Assembly (NCBI RefSeq): GCF_963921235.1
Contig: NC_086108.1
Coordinates: 68,450,001 to 68,514,000, forward strand
DNA from: Mobula hypostoma
Taxonomy: Eukaryota
Direction: 5' to 3'
DNA: 64,000 nucleotides
Each line of letters begins with the position of its first letter. Within the stretch, counting starts at the first letter, position 1. The position numbers and the translations under genes were made by a program. The notes beneath the pieces were generated by a model. That model made no database searches and was not told where the DNA came from. It saw only the letters and a list, made by a program, of their open reading frames with translations. Below, piece after piece: positions 38,496 to 50,290 of this stretch.

Positions 38496-39469
38496 AAGGT
38501 AAATATGATTATTATAGATAGGATTTAATGGCCAACATGGATATGGTGAACTGTAGGGCCTGTTACTGTGTTGTGATTCTTATTTTGCTAAGAGAGAATG
38601 GGAGCCAGAAAGCTGGAGCTAGGAACAGGGCTGGGGAAGCTGATCTTGTCTGGGGGGTTGAGGGAAGGTAGAGAGGGAGATTCTGCTGAACTTAGACATT
38701 GGGCTGGCAGAAGGCAGTGGCAGCTGGAAGAGGACAAAAAAGGTTAACATCTGTGTATACCTATGGGAGAATAGATCAAAGTCTGAGCATACGCAGCATG
38801 AGAACAAACAGGATATGTTTAGTTGAGGTAGAAATTATTTATGTAAAAGTTGCTGAAGTGTAGTATGGACAGAATTAAAGCAGAATCAGAGTAGAGACTG
38901 AACTTAATGTGACTAGTTCCCCACAATAAACAAAAACAATTACAAGCTTGAAAACAGAAGAATATAATTGAAATCAGAGTCAAGATACCCACACAGGGAA
39001 ATTTGTTGGAAGAATAAGTCAACTTTGTGACTTTTTTTCCACTGAACACTTACTTTCTGTGATTTATTTTCTGTTCTGACAACTATTTACCATATAGCTC
39101 CAGAAGTAAAATTTCAAACAATAATTGACATGAGGCTGTCAATTAAAAAATGTGAGCAGTTTAGGAAATTTGCTGGCTGCTGTTTTGGTAATTATTAAGG
39201 ACACACAAGAGACTGCAGATGCTGGAGAGAGAGTGGTATGAACTTTTCTGTTCATGGTTTTTTAAATGAATGCAAAAACTGATATTAATTATTGTTTTTT
39301 AAGTAGTTGAGGCTTTTCCCTCCCCTAATATCTATAAAGATCTGTTTTTTAATTAGAGCTATTTATTTCATATACATGCTGGACAATAATTTGTAGTTAG
39401 AATTGTTTAAGATTAAATAGATTACTGAGAATAGGAATGGCCTGACTGACTCTCATCTTGTTTCAGTAG

Positions 39470-40040
39470 TTCAAAATTCCAAGTAAATTTATGACCAAAG
39501 TACATATATATCATCATCATATACCCCTGAAATTCATTTTCTTGCAAGCATGCACATTAAATACAAGAAACACAAACGAATTAATGAAAGACCTCGCCCA
39601 GCAGGATGGACAAACAGCAATTGTGCTAAAGGCAACAAACTGCGCACATACAAAAAGAACAATAATAATAGATAAGCAATAAATATCAAGAATATGAGAT
39701 AAAGAGTCCTTGAAAGAGAGTCCAAGTGTTGTGGGAACAGTTCAGTGATGGGGCAAGTGAAGTTATCCTCTCTGGTTCAAGAACCTGATGGTTGACGGGT
39801 AATAAATGTTCCTGGCTGTGGTGGTGCGGACCTTGAGGTTCTTGTACCTTCTCCCTGATGGCAGCAGCAAGAAGAAAGCATGGCCTAGATGATGGGGCTT
39901 CTTAATGATGGATGCTGCTTTCCCGCGACAGTGCCCCATTTAGATGTGCTCAGAGGTGGAGAGGGCTTTACCTGTGATGGACCGGGCCAAATCCACTACT
40001 TTTTTTTTTAGTTTTTCCATTCAAGAGCATTGGTGTCTAA
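39470..40040 (-). mobile_element. Rex1/Babar-like LINE 3' fragment
   Basis: ggttcaagaacctgatggttgacgggtaataaatgttcc...cttgtaccttctccctgatggcagcagc is the reverse complement of the Rex1 RT C-terminus (LPSGRRY-type). Confidence 0.65.
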
Positions 40041-40239
40041 GCCCTAAAATAAATCCTGGTTTGCTAAATGAAGAAAATTATTAAGTATATTTGTATATGG
40101 ATTTCTTAGCAAGGTCAAGTATTTCACATGGAGGATATAACATTTACAGATCATTATTAAAATGCCCAAGTCTGATGAAGCCAAAAGAAACAATGGGGGA
40201 CAGTAGGGACTGATATATTTATGCTAAGTAATAAGGCAT

Positions 40240-40825
40240 GTCAAGTCAAGTCGCTTTTTATTGTCATTTCGACCATAAACTGCTGGTACAGTACACAGTA
40301 AAAACGAAACAACGTTCCTCCAGGACCATGGTGCTACATGAGACAGCACAAAACTACACTAGACTAAGTGAGACAACACAAGGCTACACTAGACTACGTA
40401 AAACAACACAAAAACTACACTAGACTACAGACCTACACAGGACTACATAAAGTGCATAAAACAGTGCAGGGCAGTACAATAAATAATAAACAAGACAATA
40501 GGCACAGTAGAGGACAAATTACAATATAATAATAAATGATGTAGATGTCAGTCTAGACTTGGGGTATTAAGGGGTCTGATGGCTTGGGGGAAGAAACTGT
40601 TACATAGTCTGGTCGTGAGAGCCCGAATGCTTCAGTACCTTTTGCCAGATGGCAGGAGGGTTAAGAGTTTGTATGAGGGGTGTGTGGGGTCCTTCACAAT
40701 ACTGTTGGCTTTACGGGTGCAGCATGTGGTGTAAATGTCTGTAATGGCGGGAAGAGAGACCCCGATGATTTTCTCAGCTGATCTCACTATCCGCTGCAGG
40801 GTCTTGCAATCCCAGACAGTGCAGT
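40240..40825 (-). mobile_element. Rex1/Babar-like LINE 3' fragment with (TCAAG)n tail and internal ACTACACTAG repeats
   Basis: The minus strand encodes KTLQRIVRSAEKIIGVSLPAITDIY...LLPSGKRY. Confidence 0.75.
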
Positions 40826-40950
40826 AGGTTGCCAGTCTTACCTGTTCATTGAAAGCTGTTCCCCTATGCTAGCTCAGGATTGGCCCATTTAAGAAGCTTA
40901 ACAGCCCTTCCACTGGCTGCTATTTGTCACCACAGTGCCAGTAGAGAATA

Positions 40951-41115
40951 TGAGGGGTGATTGATAAGTTCGTGGCCTAAGGTAGAAGGAGATGAGTTAT
41001 ACAGCTCTCGTTACATGCACGTGCAGTTCAACTCTTTGAGTGATTATGCAGAAAGTTTGAAGTTAATAACTCATCTCCTTCTACCTTAGGCCACGAACTT
41101 ATCAATCACCCCTGG
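40951..41115. mobile_element. Mariner-type MITE, 165 bp
   Basis: TA flanks at 40949-40950 and 41116-41117. Perfect 48-bp inverted repeat at 40953-41000 / 41066-41113. (C/T)GAGGGG terminus. Confidence 0.9.
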
Positions 41116-41257
41116 TAAATCTAGCACACTGAAAGCACATGGTTTCTTTTGCTTAAGGGGCTCAGCTGATGGACTGGAGGTCACAACCAATGCCTCAGGA
41201 ACAGTGGAAGTGTGCTGCAGTGAGAGAAGGTCTGAATGCACATTTTAGGTAAGTATT

Positions 41258-41484
41258 TAGTCAGAGGGTGGTAAATCTGGGGAATTTGTTACCACGAGTG
41301 GCTGTGGAGGCCAAGTCACTGTGTGTATTTAAGGCAGAGATAGATAGGTTCTTGATTAGCCAGGGCATCAAAGGGTATGGGGTGAAAGCAAGGGGAGTGG
41401 GGATGACTGGAAGAATTGGATCAGCCCGTGATTGAATGATGGAGCAGACTCAGTGGGCTGAATGGCCTACTTCTGCTCCTATAT
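41258..41484 (+). mobile_element. CR1 3' end fragment
   Basis: agtcagagggtggtaaatctggggaat...gaatggcctacttctgctcctat. Confidence 0.75.
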
Positions 41485-41792
41485 GCATGTGGCCAAGTGG
41501 TTAAGGCATTGGACTAGCGACCTGAAGGTTGTGAGTTCGAGCCCCAGCCAAGGAAACATGTTGTGTCCTTGAGCAAGGCACCTAATCACACATTGCTCTG
41601 CGATGACACTGGTGCCAAGCTGTATGGGTCCTAATGCCCTTCCCTTGGACAACATTGGTGTCGTGGAGAGGGGAAACTTGCAGCATGGGCAACTGCTGGT
41701 CTTCCATACAACCTTGCCCAGGCCTGCGCCCTGGAGAGTGAAGACTTTCCAGGCGCAGATCCATAGTCTCGCAAGACTAACAGATGCCTTTA
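41485..41792 (+). mobile_element. tRNA-derived SINE inserted in a CR1 tail
   Basis: A box TGGCCAAGTGG and B box AGTTCGAGCC, followed by a CORE-like tgtgtccttgagcaaggcac and a non-tRNA body. Confidence 0.75.
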
Positions 41793-42167
41793 ATCATAGT
41801 CTTATTTGTAACTGGGTGTAACTTGAAGGGTTTACTGAATGTTTAGTGTCTGTCTTGTCCTGTAAATAAATAATTAACTTACTTACTGGTAGTGAGTGTC
41901 CTCAGTCCCCACTCACCAAACCTGCAAAGTTGCTTTCACACAACAATTGGTGCTGCGAACAAGGTTCGGTGATTGAACAGAAAATTATTATGTTCAAAGG
42001 CCATAATAAGACAGAGAACCCCTCGTGTGAGGATTGCCGAGTCCCAGGATGGACCAACAACAGTGCTGGATTTGGGAGTCTCTCCAACCTTTTGGCAGGC
42101 CACAGTACAGCAATCCAAGCTGGACTCCTGCAGGGTGAGAACGGGACACCACATCGTGTCTGTACTT

Positions 42168-42632
42168 AATGAAATAGGGTTCGGCTGACTGGCTGCATCA
42201 CTGCCTGGTATGGGAACTGTACTTCCCTCAGTCGCAGGACTCTGCAGAGAGTGGTGCAGACAGCCCAGCGCATCTATAGATGCGAACTTCCCACTATTCA
42301 GGACACTAATGGAGACAGGTGCATAAAAAAGGGCCCAAAGGATCATTGGGGATGTGATTCACCCCAACCACAAACTGTTCCAGCTGCTACCATCCAGAAA
42401 ACGGTACTTCAGCATAAAAGCCAGGACCAACAGGCTTCTTCCACCAGGCCATCAGACTGATTAATTCATGCTGATACAATTGTATTTCTATGCTATATTG
42501 ACTGTCCTGTTGTACATACTATTTATAACAAATTACTATAGACTTACACCTTTAGACAGAGACATAACGTAAAGATTTTTACTTCTCACGTATATGAAGG
42601 ATGTAAGAAATAAAGTCAATTCAGTTCAGTTC
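42168..42632 (+). mobile_element. Rex1/Babar-like LINE 3' fragment inserted in the ERV
   Basis: LTGCITAWYGNCTSLSRRTLQRVVQTAQRI; AATAAA followed by a (TTCAG)n tail. Confidence 0.8.
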
Positions 42633-43740
42633 GACTCCCTGAGGATGGGGTGTGTTCTGGCTGCTGGCAGCCATAGTTAAGCAGCAGTGTGCAACAATCT
42701 CACAGAAGGAGAAAGACAGATAGCTTGAGAAATAATGTAGAAGTGCTAAATCAGCGATTATTTCCATGGGGAGGCTGGTGGGTCAGCACAGACTCAGGCT
42801 AAAGAGTTAGGAGTACAGAGGTTACCTGTCAACTAGGAAAGGTGCAGCAGTTAGAGGCTGCCCACATGGCTAACTGCCTACTAGACCTTCATAGGGTCCG
42901 AGCCCTGATGTTGTGGGGAGGTGACCCTGACACCTGGACTGGGGGATGGGGAAGAGAGCCTCCTCTGAGTGATCACCTTCCCCCATGCAGCCACGCCAGT
43001 GCAGTCCAGACCAGTGGCCACGAGGTCCCAGACCTGGCATGACCCAGGCCATGGCCTTTCCAGCCTTCATGGCACAGGGCGAGAAAAAGCAGCAGGCTAG
43101 GGGAGAGGAACATCAGAGAGAGGGACCTGAGGGGGGATAACGCAGAGCGTCTTACTGAGATGACTATCATCAGAATTCTCTGCTAAGGAATTGGAGGAGT
43201 TGGGAGGAAGGTATAGATGGAGCCTCCGCCCACGTGGGTGCCGAGGATCTAGGATACAGGGTGTGCCGGACTGAGTTTGTCCGACAGGAAGATGAGTGTC
43301 CTGTGTGGGGGGTGCTGACGTCCCACCACATCATTTACAACTCCCTGAGGGTGCCACCCACTCCCTCACAGGAGTGATGAATCGCTATGGAACTGTCACA
43401 GCAACAGTTTAGTTCAGGTATCCTCGCTCTTGGAGTGGGATTTGAAGCATCAGAGGAGGGGAACACAGTGGAGGAAGGGATCAGAGCCTTCACTAGTGGG
43501 CTTTGGTCACAGGGATCGTATCACGACAGGGACAACCCAACCTGAGGGTCATTGCTAATCTCAATCATGGTGTGATATTTAGTTAAAGCAGCAGCTCCCC
43601 ATTTAAAAGGGGTGGTGTTGCCCTTATTGGGACCTGTGATAGGGGTTACAGTGGATGCCACTATCAGATTATTAGAGTGATTAGAGTACATGAGTGAAAG
43701 ACCCCGTAGTCAGGAGCACAAGTTCAGCAAGCAGTCTGCT

Positions 43741-44378
43741 GGTCGATTCTATGGTTAAGAAGGCATACGGTACATTAGCCTTCATCAATCATGGGATTGA
43801 GTTTAGGAGCTGAGAGGTAATGTTGCAGCTATATAGGACCTTGGAGTACTGTGCTCAGTTCTGGTCGCCAGACTGCAGGAAGGATGTGCAAACCATAGAA
43901 AGGGTGCAGAGGAGATTTACAAGGATGTTGCCTGGTTTGGGGAGCATACCTTATGAGAATAGGTTGAGTGAACTCAGCCTTTTCTCCTCAGCGCGACAAA
44001 GGATGAGAGGTGACCTGATAGAGGTGTACAAGATGATGAGAGGCATTGATCATGTGGATAGTCAGAGGCTTTTTCCCGGGGCTGAAATGGCTAATACGAG
44101 AGGGCACAGTTTTAAGGTACTTGGAAGTAGGTACAGAGGAGATGTCAGGGCTAAGTTTTTTTTTATGCAGAGAGTGGTGAGAGTGTGGAATGGGCTGCTG
44201 GAAATGGTGGTGGAGGTGGATACGATAGGGTTTTTTAAGAGACTCCTGGACAGGTACACGGAGCTTAGAAAAATCGAGGGCTATGGGTAACCCTAGGCAA
44301 TTTCTAAGGTAAGGACATGTTCGGCACGGCTTTGTGGGTCAAAGGGCCTGTATTGTGCTGTAGGGTTTCTATGTTTCT
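43741..44378 (+). mobile_element. CR1 3' fragment inserted in the ERV
   Basis: ORF 43820-44290 LEYCAQFWSP...VQRRFTRMLPG...FFMQRVVRVWNGL; tail TTTCTATGTTTCTA. Confidence 0.88.
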
Positions 44379-45291
44379 AAGCAGCCAGTGGGTGGAGCCT
44401 ACCGCGTAACCTGTGTGGCCCTCTTGACCCATAAGGAAATGTTTTTGGCATTGCTCAGATCCGGGGTCCCAGGGGAGCAGGGAGGTGAGGTTCCCACTTC
44501 CACCCTTCATCGCATGTGGAGGGAAAGAGAAGCAAGGGGGCCGTTAGAGGGCTACCACAGAGAAGTTAGGGGGCTCACTTCTGCCTGCCCGGCAGACTAC
44601 CTTGCAGGTGACCACCTGCCCAGGTCAGCCCAGAACCATAACTGTCTTGCTGGCGGCCTCTCCTGAGTGCATTCAGGGCATGAATGTGCTGAGGCATAGG
44701 TCCCTGCAGATGGGTAGGGGTTGTTTTACATTCAGGATGGCCGAGGCAAAGGTACTGATGGGATTGGCCAAGTGGGAGCCTTAGGTGATCCTGCCCGCCA
44801 AGTTAGTTAACACCCTACAATAGCCCGATGTGGCTTGTGCGGAAGGCGGGGCGGCACATGGCGCATGACCATCATCTATAGACAGACGCACCGCCCCCCA
44901 CAGCGGCTGTCCCGGATACGGTGACCCTTATTGAGGACCTGGGGAAAGGGAGGGGAAGCCTTGGTGTATGCCAGCAGACCTTGACATTGCCTTCTTCTCA
45001 ACAACCCCAAGTCCAGAGTCACAGGACCTGTTCGGTTTTACCTGTAAGAGTAGGCAGTACAGCTTTTGCCACCACCCACAGTGATATGTCCACAGTCCCA
45101 CCTTGTGCCATGGTGTGATTGCCCAAGACCTGCAGGGAGTACAGTTGGAATCCATTGAGTCTTAAACCCACTACACAGACAACGTGCTGCTACGGGGAAT
45201 CTAGCAGGAGGTAGTGAGGCAGGCGCTGGATAAAATGGTCACTTCTCTGTGGGACAGGGTTGGTCCAGCAACCCCAATAAGTCCCCAGCCA

Positions 45292-46241
45292 GAAGGGATT
45301 AAAAGTAACATTAGCAAATTTGCAGATGACACAAAGCTGGGTGGCAGTGTGAAATGTGCGGAGGATGTTGAGATAACGCAGGATGACTTGGACAGGTTGG
45401 GTGAGTGGGCAGATGCATGGCAGATGCAGTTTAATGTGGATAACTGTGAAGTTATCCACTTCAGTGGCAAGAACAGGAAGGCAGATTACTATTTGAATGG
45501 TGTCAAGTTAGGAAAAGGGGAAGTACAACGAGATCTTGGTACCCTTGTTCATCAGTCACTGAAAGTAAGCACACAGGTACAGCAGGTAGTGAAGAAAGCT
45601 AATGGCATGTTGGCCTTCATAACAAGGAGAGTTGAGAATAGGAGCAAAGAGGTCCTTCTGCAGTTATACAGGCCCTGGTGAGATCACACCTGGAGTATTG
45701 TGTGCAGTTTTGGTCTCCAAATTTGAGGAAGGACATTCTTGCTATTGAGGGAGTGCAATGGAGGTTCACGAGATTAATTCCCGGGATGGTGGGGCTGTCA
45801 TATGTTGAAAGATTGGAGCGACTGGGCTTGTATACACTGGAATTTAGAAGGATGAGAGGGGATCTGATTGAAACATATAAGATTATTAAGGGATTGGACA
45901 CGCTAAAGGCAGGAAACATGTTCCCGATGTTGGAGGAGTCCTGAACCAGAGGGCACAATTTGAGAATAAGGGGTAGGCCATTTGGAGTTGAGGAAAAACT
46001 TTTTCATCCAGAGAGTTGTGGATCAATGGAATGCTCTGCCTCAGAAGGCAGTAGAGGTCAATTCTCTGGATGCTTTCAAGAAAAAGTTAGATAGAGCTCT
46101 TAATGATAGTGGAGTCAAGGGATATGGGGAGAAGGCAGGAAAAGGGTACTGATTGTGGACGATCAGCCATGATCACAGTGAATGGCGGAGCTGGCTTGAA
46201 GGGCCGAATGGCCTACTCCTGCACCTATTGTCTATTGTCTA
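45292..46241 (+). mobile_element. CR1 3' fragment (from the FADD motif to the tail)
   Basis: EGIKSNISKFADDTKLGG...HLEYCVQFWSPNLRKD; (CTATTGT)n tail. Confidence 0.9.
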
Positions 46242-49200
46242 TTGAGCCAATATTTATATGCATAAGTGTTAAGAAGTTCAGCACTCCCAAGTTTACTGAA
46301 CACAGCAATTGAACTTGCTGAAAGCTGTTCCATCGGTCTCTTTGTGATTTCTCCCCAACAATAAGTGCCGCTGGAGTCCAGTGTTGCATTATAAAATTGC
46401 CCAGTTGTGTAAGGAAATTTCCATAGATAAATAATCCAAAAAAATTTTGACTTTCTTGAGGCTGAATATTTCTTCTTGGGGGAGGGTGGATTTGAGGGAA
46501 TGTTTAAAATTGCTTGGATTCTCTCAATGGATATAACAATAAAATGTGGATAATGTTAGCTCTTGGAAATAAAAGAAATAAAGTTGCTATATTGTTTTCT
46601 AAAGGCTGTCTGTCACTTTATCTGTTGCTTACATCAACCAGCTTAGAAGTGGTGGTTTCACAAAGAGACAGTTCATGCAATAGTTTTGCTCTGCGAGAAT
46701 CAGAATAGGTCAGTCCACAGGTAAAGACTAGAAGTCATACTTGGAGCCTTATCAAGCCTACACAAAATCTATAGTAGATTCTTGATACAACCTGGTGCAG
46801 AGTATGACCCAGAATCATTTCCAGAATGGAAGTGGTAATCAGCTCCATAAAAACATGAAAGAATTCAACCATATTGCAGCATCTGATGAGGTTTCAATCG
46901 ACCTTATGTGTTTTTGGTCTTCAATAGTCTTAACAATGTTGTTGAACTGATTCTATAAATGTTACCTGCTACTATATTTTGTTATATATCTGTTTAGAAA
47001 TGAATCATTCACTGAATAATGACTAGAATAAAACCTTGTTTCTGTTGATTTGGGCTGCTTCATAGATCGTCCCTCACTGCATCAGATAAAACACATTTAT
47101 TGCAGTTATGCACACTGTCAAAAGTAAGGTGTCATCAAAAACAGTGCAGTTGCAAACTAATATTTGACCTGCATCATTCAATAAATTGACATTTTTTTTC
47201 AAACTTATTAAATCTCCAATAGTTTAGATTGAAATCTGAATAATCCATACTTTGTGTGTGATAACATGAAAAGGTTATTAGTAATAGGTAATGTTTCTAG
47301 ATTTAATTTAAAGGCATTGAGTCAAAATGTTTGCATTTCAGGTAGAATAAAAAGTTTTTTTTAACTTCTGGCAGCATTTAAGGAAATTCAAAGACTATCA
47401 CAGTATTCATGGAATTGGTGACTGAAGTTCCTATTTGACTGAATAGTTAGACCTTGAGCAGATACAAGAAAACCAGTGATGAACCTGCCAAAGAGTGGAC
47501 TGAACAAAGCAAACTTCACCTGTCAAGAGTAAGTGACTTACCCACCATAGAATGAGGAGCAAGGTGTGATGAGATCGCACTTAAGCCAAGAGCTTGTGAT
47601 AACTACATGTCATCAGCCTTGGCAATTTCTTCATTGTTGCTTCCAAAAGCTTGGGTACCCTAATTTATATAATTTGCTTTGAATGATTAGACGACAGAAT
47701 CTGACCAGAAAAACATATGTACTTGTTTAAAGAAATACAAGTGTATTTTTAATCAATGGTAGGGATACTGGAAATAGGAGATACTATCAGAGACTAACAT
47801 CTGATGACAACTCACTAAAAAGTTTGCAAAGACACCTGACCATCAGAATAATTCGGACCTCCAACAGCTAAGGGTGTTGTCCAGTGAAGGTGGCCAAGTG
47901 CCATCTAGCAGTAACACCAAACTGACCACAGGGAAAGGAACCCAACATGCAAAACAAATTTCTCCAAGATAGATCATGTAATTCGGAAGGATGGTTTCAA
48001 ATGTACATCTGAATGGTTTGGGTTAGAGTTCTCCATCTGCACAGTTGAAAGGCAAATACACATGTAGAAAAATATTGCTTATTGAAAACTGGACTGCAGA
48101 AATTGAAAACTTGCTACTTTGTAACATTTGTCAAACTAAATGCAGATTAAACTTTGCACAACCATTAGTTACAGATTCCTGAAATAACAATAAGAAATAG
48201 ATCATATCATCGAACTATATCTTCACTACATACCAAACTAGAAAAGAATTAAATGCTGTCAATGAATTTAAAGGATAGCATGGAACTTGTTTGTATTTAT
48301 TCATATACCATATAATATTTTCACCTAAATGAAATATTAAATAAACAGAATTTTGTGTGGTACTGTGTTGAGGTTATAATGATTGAAGAAAAAAACGGTA
48401 GAAAACAAGAAACAAATTTTCAACAATAAAATTTAACAATTTTCCCACTAATAGACTCTTAACAAAGAACACTGTGGACACACTATGCAAAAATATTTAA
48501 GGCAGATAGTGAGAAAAATAGAGCATTTTTGTGAAATACGCACATCAATAAAAGTGTTGCACATGTGAACAGTCTCAAGACTCAACTGCCAGAGTGTCTG
48601 TAGTACACAAGTGCCAATAGAACTGTAGGCAATTAAAATCAAATACTTATATAAATCCTCAATGGCTATTACAAGATACCAAGGGAATAACAGTGCATTT
48701 TGTGCTGCCTATTTTATTGCCTGGATGTAAAATACATTAGATTTGGGTAGATTTGCATTAGTGTTGATGCATTTATCGTGTGTCTGCTCAGTCTGCACTC
48801 AGAATGACAAGGAGAATAAATGCTACAAGAATATATTTTACAGGCTTTTCTACCAACCTAAAACTTCACTTGTCAAGAGGCTAGAATGGAGAATTAATGT
48901 ATTAGTGCAGGCATTTATTATTGTTGTCATTCTGACAGCTGGCATATTGGGAGTCTTGAAAAATTTATGTTGTATTAAATTCATCAACCATCTAGAACAA
49001 AACAACACACTTGATTGGCACCCTATCCTTGACTTTAAACACTGAAACCCTCCAACTAGCACAATATCGCTGCAATATCTACCATCTTAAAGTCATACCA
49101 CAGTAATGCCTCATGTCTTCTTCAATGCACCTTGCAACCTACAATCTCTATCATCTAGAACAGCATTGGCAGCAGCTACACAAGAATACTACCACCTACA

Positions 49201-50290
49201 CGTTTCCCTCCATACCTGGTTCAATTGGACCAAAATCCCCATTCTGTCAGAGATGTTGGATAAAAAATCTGGAATGCCCTTCATGCTAGTGGCATGGGAC
49301 TCCTTCGTTTTACAGCCTTTAGTAGTTTATGAAGGTGACTCACCACCACATTCCCTCAGGACAAATGATGGCCATACCCAAGGATGAATGAAAAATGTTC
49401 TAAGGAGCAAATAAAACTAATTTAGAAGTGTTGTGTATTTAATGTTTAAGTGATGTTTGAGCGATTATATATATCACTGATTCTTCAGAATTTGGATAAA
49501 ACAGATTTTAATTTTGAAAAGAAAAAATTTTAAATGTTAAGAAATCTAAACATAAGTTTATAGAACAAGGTCTCAGCAATCAAGCAATATTTCAGTGCAA
49601 CCTCCTGATTTTGTAATTTTTTCATAAAATATGTTTTTCCTGTCATTACTTAGTTTGTCAACACAGTCATACACATTAAAAAACTCATTATTCCTATTTA
49701 TTTAGTCTTATTCCTATTTACTTAGCCTTATATAGATTTAGAGCTTTTAAATCATTGTGTCTACACCATAGGTACACATACATGCTGCTAAATGTTGAAT
49801 ATTCACTTTTGTTCATTTTTTATACTATTTCACATGTACTCCTTTAAAAACTCTTACATCATGCAACTTTTATCATTAGCATTAAATATACAAAATAACA
49901 AATTTGGATATAAAAACACATTTTTAATTTTAAAGAGACAATTACTTTAACAAATCAACTGTTTCGGAGGAACAGGTTGTAAGCATATTAATTTAAAACA
50001 AAGTAAGTTCCATCTGACGGTGGTGGCAGTGGCCTAATTCCAACAAACAATTCCAACTTTTTCACCACTCAAGTCAATGCTTCCTCGCCTAACAACTCTA
50101 CTTAACAATTTGGTACAACAAATAACAAGTTGTCATGTACATTTTATCCTTCTGTAAATATTAACAACAGTAAACAGCAAAATAAAAACTACAGTACAAC
50201 TGCAAATGTTTAAGCATGAACATCAGAAAACACACCAGGAACTAAAAAAAAATTCCATCCATTTCTGGGCTTGAAAATCTTCGAAAACGT

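Larger units (their letters stand above)
41810..45291 (+). mobile_element. Decayed class III (ERV-L/ERV-S-like) endogenous retrovirus: LTR end, PBS and gag-pro-RT remnants
   Basis: The LTR ends ...CACACAACA (41945), followed by PBS TGGTGCTGCGAACAAGGTTCG (41948-41968, tRNA-Ser-like). Gag-like EPPPTWVPRI*DTG (~43220); protease-end ASPECIQGMNVL. RT motifs GLAKWEP, NSPMWLVRK, GTWRMT, AAVPD, DLDIAFFS, PQ*YVHSPTLCHG and HYTDN. Confidence 0.8.

Noticed and set aside
37705..40450. CRISPR-like arrays (29-bp repeats at 37705; ACTACACTAG repeats at 40353-40450)
   Set aside because: These are tandem repeats without unique spacers, lie inside retroelements, and are in eukaryotic DNA with no cas genes.
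41485..41560. tRNA gene
   Set aside because: A and B boxes are present, but the acceptor stem is not convincing and the sequence continues into a SINE body.
45214..45681. 155-aa ORF as a novel chimeric protein
   Set aside because: A chance in-frame junction between decayed ERV RT and an inserted CR1 fragment at 45291/45292.
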